Source: Patescibacteria group bacterium
GTDB taxonomy: Bacteria; Patescibacteriota; Microgenomatia; UBA10105; UBA927
Length of the DNA stretch: 64,000 nt
Reading direction: 5' to 3'
Assembly: GCA_038062895.1 (NCBI GenBank)
Contig: JBBTWJ010000003.1
Coordinates: 27,474-91,473 of the forward strand
Notes under the pieces: generated by a model
Database searches by the model: none
Told to the model about the DNA's origin: nothing
The model's input: only the letters and a program-made list of their open reading frames with translations
Part shown: positions 30,826 through 40,206 of the stretch, one piece after another
How the letters are laid out: each line of letters begins with the position of its first letter
How positions within the stretch are numbered: the stretch's first letter is position 1
Position numbers and translations under genes: made by a program

Positions 30826-33125
30826 GGCTTTATAATACGTATGACCTTTGCCAACAATGCCAGCAATAAAACTCCAAACCCCGCAAACCACAACCCTACC
30901 ACGAAACTTCCCGGCCAGTATACCATCCGGATGGTGTGTTCGCCCGAAGGCACAAAAACGGAGCGGAAATCATAATCAGCACGATAAATCTGTACATTCT
31001 GACCATCTATGGTCGCTTTCCACCCCGGATCGAATGCATCGGAAAGAAATAATAGCTTGGGAGTCCCTGAAGATGTACGCATGACCACGTCGTTTGGGGT
31101 GTACGTAATGATATCAACTCCACCTGCTCCTGATTGCACAAACACTTTTGGATCAGTTTCTAATACAAGAGTTTGCCCAGCATCAAATCCTTCTGAAAAA
31201 AGTGTGTCGATGATCTGTTGATCAGTAGAACGAACAAGATAGGATGAAGCAAAAAAAGCACGCGGCAGGGATTTCTGATTTTCAAATACCTCATAATGTT
31301 CATTTCTGTATATACTTTTATAATACGGATATTCCCAGTACGGGTACGCCCATGAGAATCGGCCGTCACTTAACCGGTGGACGATATAGCGCACTCCCAA
31401 CAATTGCAATGCTTGTTCAGAAAATTTCGCGAGTTTTGCAAATTGCACCACAGAACGTTCCGGAACAATAATTTTACCCTCGCTTAACGAGCGGATAAAT
31501 TCTCCATATCGTTTTTGATATACCGCGTCGTATCCCTCAATTCCCAAAAGTCCGAACCCGTTCGTGACTTCCCCTCCAAGGTTGCCTAATATTCTCTCGT
31601 GGTCAACTGTATTCTTAAGAAATGACAGCACCGCGACTTCCGGATATACATATTCCCGCGGGTCAAACGGCATCCATTTGGCCGCGTACCGGACCATATC
31701 TAAAGTCGCCAGCAGCATAAATAATCCAATAACCAATGATCGAATGATCTTCCACTTTCTCATACAACCCATGACGGCAAACACACAAAATCCCAGAGCC
31801 AAACCTGTGGGAAACAAAAGATTCCTTCGCGCAATGGCGAGTTTCTCTATCTCAAACGGATGAAAGAACAAAACGACAGACCATGTGGCTATAAGAAACA
31901 GGGATATGATCATCGCAGTCAGTAATATCGGAGACGTTCTTTTCTTCTCCCAATCCTCCCGTAACCCATCCAAACCGTATGCTGCGATCACACAAAGGGA
32001 AAAACTCACCAGAACGATGATCCGGACTGCGTAACTTGTAGAAATTGCAGGCAATTTAAGCCAAACCACGAATACGTTGACGGGTGAGGGAGTCGCAATG
32101 AGAAATGAAATGATGGCAACCCCCAAGAAAAATCCTATCCTCCTTGTCCGACGAACGATCGCATATACGGCCAGTAATAATGGTATGACGCCAATATAGG
32201 ATGCCCATTCGGCGTAATATCCAAACCAATCATTACGGGTCACGGGATTTCCATAGAAATCAGGCGAAAATAGTGTGATGAGATACCGCCATGCGATACC
32301 GCCCCCTTGAGTAAATAATTCACTGCGCACGGACCTGCTGTACGCATCAAAAGAGAGTAGAATTTGCGGCGCGCTTATCATCAAACCAAACAATACAGCC
32401 AACCCCAACTCAATGACTGCTTTTATATTCTTCCTCGAGAAACCCTGATAGATGACAAATGCAGTTACTGTAATCAACACATAGACACTCATCTGAAAAT
32501 GCCCAGATAGAAATGACCATGCCAGACCTGACGAAACGATCACAGGGTTGTACCATGACCGTTTATTGACATGCATGAGCACTACAGCCAATAGAAGCGG
32601 CAACCAAAGCACTGCCCACGAGAGCGTCCCATAGGCCATCCAGACGGTTAAAAATCCACAAAACATGAATGCGATTGATCCGATGAAGCCTGCTGCCTGT
32701 GACCGGTCTAAACCGCGAAGCAATATATACATAAAAATACCGGCCAATAGCGGTTGGAGAAGAATACTCAAACTCCACGCATCAAGAAACGGAAAAACGA
32801 AATAAAGGAGATTGACGGGAGAAAACACGGCAGTCTGATAATTAGCCGCATGCGGCGAGCCGGAGAAGCTATAGGGATTCCAAAGTGGCACCTGACCCTG
32901 TCGCCAACTATCTATAGTTATTTTCTTCCAAGGGTAAATCTGTGTGACGACGTCCGGCATCGCATTATTTTTAAGAGCCATTCCGTATTGTGCACTCCAC
33001 GGTGAAAAAAAAGTAACCAGATATTTACTCGGGAAAGGGACCAACCCCTTAAAAAAATAGGGCGAGGAGAAAATAAACCAAACAATGATGATCGCAAATA
33101 TTGGCCAGTATTTTTTTATTAACAT
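30822..33125 (-). CDS. YfhO-family membrane protein, paralog 3.
   Basis: VPLWNPYSFSGSPHAANYQTAVFSPVNLLYFVFPFLDAW motif. 767 aa. Confidence 0.65.
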   Translation of the reverse strand: MLIKKYWPIFAIIIVWFIFSSPYFFKGLVPFPSKYLVTFFSPWSAQYGMALKNNAMPDVVTQIYPWKKITIDSWRQGQVPLWNPYSFSGSPHAANYQTAVFSPVNLLYFVFPFLDAWSLSILLQPLLAGIFMYILLRGLDRSQAAGFIGSIAFMFCGFLTVWMAYGTLSWAVLWLPLLLAVVLMHVNKRSWYNPVIVSSGLAWSFLSGHFQMSVYVLITVTAFVIYQGFSRKNIKAVIELGLAVLFGLMISAPQILLSFDAYSRSVRSELFTQGGGIAWRYLITLFSPDFYGNPVTRNDWFGYYAEWASYIGVIPLLLAVYAIVRRTRRIGFFLGVAIISFLIATPSPVNVFVVWLKLPAISTSYAVRIIVLVSFSLCVIAAYGLDGLREDWEKKRTSPILLTAMIISLFLIATWSVVLFFHPFEIEKLAIARRNLLFPTGLALGFCVFAVMGCMRKWKIIRSLVIGLFMLLATLDMVRYAAKWMPFDPREYVYPEVAVLSFLKNTVDHERILGNLGGEVTNGFGLLGIEGYDAVYQKRYGEFIRSLSEGKIIVPERSVVQFAKLAKFSEQALQLLGVRYIVHRLSDGRFSWAYPYWEYPYYKSIYRNEHYEVFENQKSLPRAFFASSYLVRSTDQQIIDTLFSEGFDAGQTLVLETDPKVFVQSGAGGVDIITYTPNDVVMRTSSGTPKLLFLSDAFDPGWKATIDGQNVQIYRADYDFRSVFVPSGEHTIRMVYWPGSFVVGLWFAGFGVLLLALLAKVIRIIKP

Positions 33126-33126
33126 G

Positions 33127-33175
33127 GTTACTTTGTAATTTAGTTACTTTGTTACTTTGTTAATTTGTTACTTTG
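33127..33175. repeat. Octanucleotide tandem repeat (TTACTTTG/TAATTTAG)x6 spanning the stop codon of the GT2 gene 33152..33919 and the short intergenic region.
   Basis: Direct reading: gttactttgtaatttagttactttgttactttgttaatttgttactttg. Confidence 0.75.
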
Positions 33176-33919
33176 TTGCATCTCCCACAGCTTGGCATAT
33201 GTGATAAATATACTAAATGCCTGATAAATGCTTTCGATCCATCCGAGCGTTCCCGCCCGCCAACCTCCTTGCCCAATAAACGAATCAAAAAATGCAGTGG
33301 ACATAACCCGTATGAACCGCCACCAAACGACTGGAGGATGCTCCGCATCAAACCGTAATCTGGCTTCCGCTTGGGACCATTCATTTGTTTTTGTGACCAT
33401 TTCTCCCAACGACCGATGCGTATCGTGCAGCAAGGGAGCATGTAATCTCCCTATTTCGCCCGTTATGCGTGCTGTTTCGTGGAGTTCTCCATACCACTCG
33501 GTAAGCGCGTCTTTGCGCATGAGTCGCAGAATATATTCATCCGCCGGCCACTCATGACCCAAATAATAATTTTTCCTCCTAATTTTGTATCCGCTGAAAG
33601 ATGAAAGCTGATCGCGGATAACTTTTCTAATTTCTTTAGCAAGCTCTTCCGTCACCACCTCATCGGCGTCAACATATAAGAGCCAGCCGCTAAGGGCTTT
33701 ATCTTTCGCTATATTTCTAAGTTTGGCAAAATCGACAACACCCTGGGCTTTGACAATCACCGCTCCTGATCGAAGAGCAAGTTCAGTTGTTTTATCCATT
33801 GATCCATTATCTACGACGATCATCTCATCTGCCCACTTGAGAGACGATAAACACTTCAAAATCCGTGCTTCTTCATTTTTGGCGATAATGATAGCTGATA
33901 TATTCATGCTTTTCCCCAT
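33152..33919 (-). CDS. GT2 glycosyltransferase, WaaE/KdtX-like (paralog).
   Basis: ISAIIIAKNEEARILKCLSSLKWADEMIVVDNGSMDKT...DADE motifs. Confidence 0.75.
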   Translation of the reverse strand: MGKSMNISAIIIAKNEEARILKCLSSLKWADEMIVVDNGSMDKTTELALRSGAVIVKAQGVVDFAKLRNIAKDKALSGWLLYVDADEVVTEELAKEIRKVIRDQLSSFSGYKIRRKNYYLGHEWPADEYILRLMRKDALTEWYGELHETARITGEIGRLHAPLLHDTHRSLGEMVTKTNEWSQAEARLRFDAEHPPVVWWRFIRVMSTAFFDSFIGQGGWRAGTLGWIESIYQAFSIFITYAKLWEMQQSNKLTK

Positions 33920-34836
33920 TTTCCTACTAAAGCGTCTATTACCGCCTTTCGATATATTGATGGTCCTACAAAGACGAACCGCAGTGCCTCCCTAATAAGC
34001 GCAAGTTTTGTCCGTGCGCTCGCATAACGCAAACCTACGAGAAGTCGATTCCGCGTCATATAATACTGGTGAAGTTCACTGCCCACGCCACTTGAACCGG
34101 CATTATTGTGCCATAGTATTGATTGCGGAACATACAGGAGTTTATATCCCCCTTGTTTTGCCCGTAGACAAAAATCTACATCTTCCAGATATGCAAAAAA
34201 TTTCCCATCAAATAATCCAACATCCTCAAATACCTGGCTTTTGATCATCATCGAACAACCGGTGACGAACGAAGTTTGTTCCAAAATTTCATATTGTCCC
34301 GTATCCACCTCATCCACACCGCGATGGGAGGCATACATATTCTTCCAATCAATAATGCCTCCGGCATACCAAAGCACGCGACCGCGATCCTTCACTCCAT
34401 AACGATCTTTGTGATATTCCCGGCCCGGCGCAAAATAAATCTTTGATCCCGCAATACCTACACGACTATCTTGAAATGCGTCAACGAGTGCTGCCAAAGC
34501 ATTTGGATCCACCACGGTGTCATTATTCAAAAGCCACACGAAATCAGCTCCCTGTTCCAACGCTTTCCTAATTCCGGCGTTATTACCTCCCGAAAACCCA
34601 AGATTCCGACCGGTCTCTATAACGTCCACGTCAGGAAAATTCTTCTTTATTACTATCACAGAATCATCGGTCGAACCATTGTCAACCACGATACTTTTGA
34701 CATTCAACTTTTGTCCTGCGGAGCTGGATCCCGCTTCGCGGGAACTTTTTACTTTTAACTTTTTTAACGAAGCGAGACACGCAAGCGTATCCTTTTTTCC
34801 GTTCCAATTAACGAGTATGATGGATATATTCGTCAT
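33904..34836 (-). CDS. GT2 glycosyltransferase (WbbL-like) with a low-complexity K/S-rich insertion.
   Basis: ISIILVNWNG...VVDNGSTDDS, DTVV and LEDVD motifs. Start refined to MTNISIILVN (track 34884). Confidence 0.65.
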   Translation of the reverse strand: MTNISIILVNWNGKKDTLACLASLKKLKVKSSREAGSSSAGQKLNVKSIVVDNGSTDDSVIVIKKNFPDVDVIETGRNLGFSGGNNAGIRKALEQGADFVWLLNNDTVVDPNALAALVDAFQDSRVGIAGSKIYFAPGREYHKDRYGVKDRGRVLWYAGGIIDWKNMYASHRGVDEVDTGQYEILEQTSFVTGCSMMIKSQVFEDVGLFDGKFFAYLEDVDFCLRAKQGGYKLLYVPQSILWHNNAGSSGVGSELHQYYMTRNRLLVGLRYASARTKLALIREALRFVFVGPSIYRKAVIDALVGKWGKA

Positions 34837-34837
34837 A

Positions 34838-35473
34838 TCAGTTTGTAACAATCCGAATTCTTGCGTTTTGAATATTTGCATCATATTTTAGCGTCGACAA
34901 TCCCATCACGCGGTATAGTTTTGCGCCCGGCTCGAGGGTAATCGTTGCCTCTTTTTTAGTAAGAATCGGTCCCTCCGAGCTCACCTCGCTAAACCAAACA
35001 TCATGCTTATCAGTCACATTATAAAGCTTGGCTTTTACCATTCCGTTCGCCGTTGGTATGTTAAGAAATACTTCAAATAATATCGATTTAATCGACGGAT
35101 AATTGGTTGTATCTATAACGGCTTCAACACCTGCTACATCCTCCCAGACACTACTTTTTGTAGATCCGGATCCTAAGGTAATATAATATTCTTTCACGGT
35201 ATTTTTCGTTGGTAATAATGAGGTGCTCTGTTGGGTTGCAACCGCGCTTATTGAATCTATCCGCCGGTTTAACGCGTCAATTTTCTCTGCGCAGGATGCT
35301 GAACATGCTTCTGTTGGAGATACAGGCGGAGCGATACGCACGGACGCGGCGTTCATTTCAACAGGTCGAACCACTTGACGGTTAAAAATAACAGCAAGAT
35401 CAAGCATGACAATATTTACTGTAAGAAGTAACAAAAACGAAGCGACAAGCCCAATTTTAACGGTACGTGGCAT
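34838..35473 (-). CDS. N-terminally membrane-anchored extracytoplasmic protein, unknown function.
   Basis: A single N-terminal TM segment (IGLVASFLLLLTVNIVML) followed by a soluble domain, with no recognisable motif. Confidence 0.4.
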   Translation of the reverse strand: MPRTVKIGLVASFLLLLTVNIVMLDLAVIFNRQVVRPVEMNAASVRIAPPVSPTEACSASCAEKIDALNRRIDSISAVATQQSTSLLPTKNTVKEYYITLGSGSTKSSVWEDVAGVEAVIDTTNYPSIKSILFEVFLNIPTANGMVKAKLYNVTDKHDVWFSEVSSEGPILTKKEATITLEPGAKLYRVMGLSTLKYDANIQNARIRIVTN

Positions 35474-36359
35474 ATTTTCGTAAGATCCGGTACCACAATT
35501 TTTTCATCGAACTCACGGTTTGGGAAATTTTTACGCTAAGCATCCAATATCTGACCTCTCCCCCAGCCCGGACCATTTCTTTATCCATGACCTCAATGGG
35601 GAGATCAATCGCAATAAATTTCTCCCGTTCCCATAATTTAACAAATACGATAAAAGAATAAAACGCCTGAAGCAAGGAAAGTACGAGACCATGTAAGCCG
35701 TCTTTAAAGCCTCTCTGCGCAAGAAACGTTTTAACAAAATCACTCATGGGAAACCGGATTGCGTCATACCAAATGACACGATACCCTGACGCAAGATGAT
35801 TTTCTACTTCGCTGACCGTATAAATCTCATCCATCTTGCGGATAAACTGTGAAACGGTTTCGTAGTTATAATGCACCATCGACGAAGTCAGTTCGCTCGT
35901 GAGACCATCAACGGAGAGGTACTCATGCACATGTTTACACGGGAACCCGCCCAACCCACGCTTAAATAGCCGAAGTTGTTTATCGGGCCACCATAACCCG
36001 TGCTGTATCCACTTCCCGAAAAGTATATTCTTTCTTGGAATCCAATATCCAACAATATCTGCGTGAGTAATTTGTTGTATTTCGTGGGCTAGCTCCGGCG
36101 GAATTACTTCATCTCCATCCAAAGATAATATCCAATCACTTTTTACTTTGGTAAATCCAAAATTTTTACTCACGTTCAGCATCGGGCTATTCTTATGGTG
36201 AAACACGTTAGCTCCATACTGTTTTGCCAGGCGTACCGTCTTATCGGTCGATTCGTTGTCCACAACGATGATTTCATCAGCCCATTGGATGGACGCGAGC
36301 GTCCGCTCAATTTTAGCTTCCTCATTTTGCACGGAAAGAACAACGCTTATCGTTTCCAT
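35457..36359 (-). CDS. GT2 glycosyltransferase, WaaE/KdtX-like (paralog).
   Basis: ISVVLSVQNEEAKIERTLASIQWADEIIVVDNESTDKT...DGDE motifs. Confidence 0.75.
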   Translation of the reverse strand: METISVVLSVQNEEAKIERTLASIQWADEIIVVDNESTDKTVRLAKQYGANVFHHKNSPMLNVSKNFGFTKVKSDWILSLDGDEVIPPELAHEIQQITHADIVGYWIPRKNILFGKWIQHGLWWPDKQLRLFKRGLGGFPCKHVHEYLSVDGLTSELTSSMVHYNYETVSQFIRKMDEIYTVSEVENHLASGYRVIWYDAIRFPMSDFVKTFLAQRGFKDGLHGLVLSLLQAFYSFIVFVKLWEREKFIAIDLPIEVMDKEMVRAGGEVRYWMLSVKISQTVSSMKKLWYRILRKYATYR

Positions 36360-37855
36360 AATTGCCTCACTTGAGCGGTAAGTAGCCCAACTTTTTCGCG
36401 TTCAAATCTCAAAATCACTACTCCAAACAGTATAACACCCACGCATTGGGCAACTATCGTCCAGAAGATTGTACTTCCCAACCACAAAATAATTCCTTGG
36501 GCCACGATACATTGTACGATTGCCCCAAATATAGATGTTTGTACGCTCCTTAAAAAGGAAAAAAACACGACTCGTTTGAGCAGCACTACCACTAAAGCAA
36601 CTGTGGAGGTAATTGCAAGGAGCGCAATGGCTACAGCGTTAAATCCGAAAACCGGTAGTAAGATAAGGGTAAATGCCCATGTGAGAGTCGTCCAAAGAAC
36701 CATGAGCTTGAGGGTCGTCCGTATATGCCCAAGCGCGTTAAGTGCATTGGTCAATGGAGTTGATAAACTCGCAACGGCTGAAGCCACCGCAAACAGATAA
36801 AAGGAAAAAAGCGCCGGCTCCCATTTACCATATCGAGGGATGACCGCCATAAATGGCCGGATACCCACGATCATAGCAACACTTATCGGCAAGATCGTAA
36901 CACTCAATCCAAAAAGCGTATGTTCTATTCCCGCGCGCAGACGTTTCGTGTCATGCTGTAGGCGCGAAAACGCAGGAAAAGTGACCCGTACAATACTATC
37001 CATGATGAGCCGAAGCGGCACCTCTGCCCATTTTTTCGCCCAACCGATATATCCCACTTGGGCGAGAGGAAGTACCTTTCCTAAATAGACCGTGAGCAGA
37101 TCGTCTTTAATAAGCGCAAGAAATGAATTCATCTGAAACGGAATACCGAACCGGAGAAGCCGCAAAGCCACATCCTTTGATATCCCGATTCCTGGGATCC
37201 AAGGGGCCACTATGTACATAGCAATAAGGCCAACCACTGCGCGCACTCCGACAGCCCATGTAAAACTGGTCACGCCAAAACCCCACCAGGCAAGAAGTAC
37301 CGCAGTAAGATAAAATCCCACGGTTTCCAATATTTGAGGGATAACCAATTTACCAAACGCAAGCTCGCGTTCAAGAAGTATCGAGGGAATTGTCTTAAGT
37401 GATGAAAGAAAAAATGCGAGCGCCAATATACGATAAAGCCACATCCCCGGTTCGTCCAGACCATACCAACGACCGATAAAAGGAGACAATACGAGGGCCA
37501 CGATAACCGCTGTCCCTACAAGAATTTGTTGTATGGTGAATGTCGTCACGAGATCTTCTCTTGTGAGAGCATGTTTTTTTTGAATAAGGGCAGCCGCGAG
37601 CCCGATATCGGAAAAATACCCTAAAAATGCAACCATCGCTGATACGACGTAAAAAATGCCAAATACTGCCGGACTTAAAAAAATGGTGAGAAGAAATGTC
37701 GCACTAAAAGCGATAAGCTGCAACACAAAGGTCCGTGAGGTCAGCGCCACGACACCAGCGAGCGCACGACCCCGTATTGAATCGACCGGCATAGTTTCAT
37801 CCACCATGACTCCTCCTATCCCATGGACGGGTAACAAAGAGTCTCCATAGCCCAT
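36347..37855 (-). CDS. Wzx-type oligosaccharide flippase (MOP superfamily polysaccharide biosynthesis protein).
   Basis: ~14 TM helices with Wzx/RfbX-like organisation. Start is ambiguous (M1, M17 or M22). Confidence 0.55.
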   Translation of the reverse strand: MGYGDSLLPVHGIGGVMVDETMPVDSIRGRALAGVVALTSRTFVLQLIAFSATFLLTIFLSPAVFGIFYVVSAMVAFLGYFSDIGLAAALIQKKHALTREDLVTTFTIQQILVGTAVIVALVLSPFIGRWYGLDEPGMWLYRILALAFFLSSLKTIPSILLERELAFGKLVIPQILETVGFYLTAVLLAWWGFGVTSFTWAVGVRAVVGLIAMYIVAPWIPGIGISKDVALRLLRFGIPFQMNSFLALIKDDLLTVYLGKVLPLAQVGYIGWAKKWAEVPLRLIMDSIVRVTFPAFSRLQHDTKRLRAGIEHTLFGLSVTILPISVAMIVGIRPFMAVIPRYGKWEPALFSFYLFAVASAVASLSTPLTNALNALGHIRTTLKLMVLWTTLTWAFTLILLPVFGFNAVAIALLAITSTVALVVVLLKRVVFFSFLRSVQTSIFGAIVQCIVAQGIILWLGSTIFWTIVAQCVGVILFGVVILRFEREKVGLLTAQVRQLWKR

Positions 37856-38537
37856 TCAAGTCCCCTTGAGCAGTTTTCATAACCCGTACCGTTGAGCCAG
37901 GATTGTCTATCCACGTTACCGGCTCCTCATAAATCCTGTATCCTGATTTTTCTCCAACGATGAGAAGTTCCGAATCAAAGAACCATTCATTATCTCTAAT
38001 CTTTGGAATAAGCTCCTCTACGACTCTGCGTGTTACAGCCTTAAATCCACACTGCGCATCAGAAAAATGTATCATAAAAAAGAGTTTAATAAGAAAAATG
38101 TATCCTTTGGACGTGATCGTGCGAAGCATGCTCCTCCCATAGACCCGAGCTCCGTGGGCGTTTCGAGAGCCGATGGAAATATCGTATCCCCGTACAAGTG
38201 ACCGGACGAGGGAAGAAAAGTGCTTGAGATCCGTCGAAAGATCTATATCCATATAGGCATTCACATCCGCGGGATACTTCGTCCATGCATATTTGACTGC
38301 CCTTCCTCTGCCTTTTTGATCTACGTGTATTGCGCGAACACGGTCAAACCTGGATCCTAAAGATTTTGCGATAGCGTACGTCTCATCTTTGGACGCATTG
38401 TCAATAATCGTTATCTTCCAATTAAAATCATCTAGCTCACGAGAAAGAAACCCATTAAGCGTCATGACGCTCTCTTCTAGCTCTTTCTCTTCGTTATAAA
38501 CCGGAAGGCAGATGTTAAGCGATGGATTTTTTACCAT
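37797..38537 (-). CDS. GT2 polyprenyl-phosphate sugar synthase (GtrB / Dpm1-like).
   Basis: LPVYNEEKELEESV, DIDLSTD and DAQCGFKA motifs typical of dolichyl/undecaprenyl-phosphate glycosyltransferases. Confidence 0.7.
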   Translation of the reverse strand: MVKNPSLNICLPVYNEEKELEESVMTLNGFLSRELDDFNWKITIIDNASKDETYAIAKSLGSRFDRVRAIHVDQKGRGRAVKYAWTKYPADVNAYMDIDLSTDLKHFSSLVRSLVRGYDISIGSRNAHGARVYGRSMLRTITSKGYIFLIKLFFMIHFSDAQCGFKAVTRRVVEELIPKIRDNEWFFDSELLIVGEKSGYRIYEEPVTWIDNPGSTVRVMKTAQGDLNGLWRLFVTRPWDRRSHGG

Positions 38538-40206
38538 AGGTTATGAGAAACCAAAGAATGACACCAATGCTTGATATAGTACCTATCACCCGTACGAGAG
38601 TGCTTTCAAATCGAAGCTCAACCACACTTCTCCCCACAGGAATAATGACGCTTGGCAGACCCTTATCGATTCGTGCTATTTGCCGCTTACCATTTACCCA
38701 GTACTGCCAACCCGGAAAATACGCCCGATTCAGTATAACTTCAATGGATGTCGGTACTTGAACATGCAGCTTCACATAGGTTTCAGTATCTATTTCCACT
38801 TCCACAATAAGACCTCTGTTATTATCGGAAACAAGAGTCTCATGCACAATCCCGGCTACGCTTGTGGGTTTAGAAAATGATGGCGGAAGGTATTCGTCGG
38901 ACACGCCGGATACGCGCCATGACAACTCTTCTTCGTTTTCAAAAAAACTCGCCGGCTTTTCGTACACCTCTTGCGGCACAAATAATTTCGCATTCAGAAG
39001 GATAACTGCAAGCGAAATGAGGACGAAAGCTCCTGCACGTACCCAACGACGGGAAATCCAAAAAAGCACTGACCCACCAACAATCGCAGTCATCAAAGCA
39101 ATGCCAGATAGAAACCGCCATGGGTATTGGACGAAAGCCAATCGTGGCATGAGTTCCCATACTCCCCGTGAGTACGATGTTACCATGACCGCACCTCCTA
39201 ATCCCACGATACTCACCAAACCAAGAGGACTGCTCCAAAATCCTCGCTTCAAACGTAAAATGCCCAAACCCAATCCTAATACTCCCAACATAATATGGAG
39301 CTTCCCCGCTTTAAATGACATTCCGTCTATGCAGCCCGAAACCGATCCACCGTAACCCCACAACGAATTCCAAAGTTGGGGGACACAAACAAAGTGGTCA
39401 CGAAAATTAGCAGTCGCTCCGATCTGACCCGCGACGTTGGTATACCCCATTTCAACGATCGCAGGAAGCCAAAAAAATGCGGAAACGCCAAGAGCAACAG
39501 CGAGCAACGATACATGATGAATGCCCGCCTTGAACGAGGACGAAGGGACGAATGATGGATGAAATTTCTTTCTCAATAGGAGAATAAGAGTATATATTGC
39601 AAGACCTATCACATAAAATGCCACGGCCACGTAGCCGGAAATCGTGTGAGACAGGATGACACCGGCAAGTCCCAAACCTCCGACCCATATTCCAGCTTGG
39701 CGCTTTTTGGAGTCAGAAAGAAAGAATAAACCTAAAAACAATACGGGGAGAAATGCATATGCCCAAAGCTCTCCAACTGCTCCCCGGACGTACAATTGGA
39801 CAGCGTGGTAAGGGGCATAGGCAAAAAGAACCGCCGCAAGAATCCCTGTGAGCCTGCCAAACAGAAATTGCATGAGCGCATACATAAAAATGGCTGATAA
39901 AACCATGCCGACCCCCATCATAATTTTCGTCGCCACGACAGCGCTGACCCCGGCAGCATACAATCCGCCGCCAACATAGTACGGCAGTGGACCGTAAAAA
40001 TTATAGAGAGGATATCCATAACCGTAACCCAGACCAGACACCCATCGAACCGGAAATTGGCCGTTACGAAGGGCTCTCCCCATAACGATGACGCGCGCTA
40101 CCTGCGTATCATCGTGCATCGAAAAATAGCCGGGACGCAACAGCGGTTTGACTGTCCAGTATGTGACTATAATGATCAGAAATAATGGCAAAAAATGTTT
40201 TTTCAT
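38515..40206 (-). CDS. Polytopic membrane protein, GT-C-like HD..H family (paralog).
   Basis: SMHDDTQVARVIVMGRALRNGQFPVRWVSGLGYGYGYPLYNFYGPLPYY conserved N-terminal block. Confidence 0.5.
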   Translation of the reverse strand: MKKHFLPLFLIIIVTYWTVKPLLRPGYFSMHDDTQVARVIVMGRALRNGQFPVRWVSGLGYGYGYPLYNFYGPLPYYVGGGLYAAGVSAVVATKIMMGVGMVLSAIFMYALMQFLFGRLTGILAAVLFAYAPYHAVQLYVRGAVGELWAYAFLPVLFLGLFFLSDSKKRQAGIWVGGLGLAGVILSHTISGYVAVAFYVIGLAIYTLILLLRKKFHPSFVPSSSFKAGIHHVSLLAVALGVSAFFWLPAIVEMGYTNVAGQIGATANFRDHFVCVPQLWNSLWGYGGSVSGCIDGMSFKAGKLHIMLGVLGLGLGILRLKRGFWSSPLGLVSIVGLGGAVMVTSYSRGVWELMPRLAFVQYPWRFLSGIALMTAIVGGSVLFWISRRWVRAGAFVLISLAVILLNAKLFVPQEVYEKPASFFENEEELSWRVSGVSDEYLPPSFSKPTSVAGIVHETLVSDNNRGLIVEVEIDTETYVKLHVQVPTSIEVILNRAYFPGWQYWVNGKRQIARIDKGLPSVIIPVGRSVVELRFESTLVRVIGTISSIGVILWFLITYGKKSIA

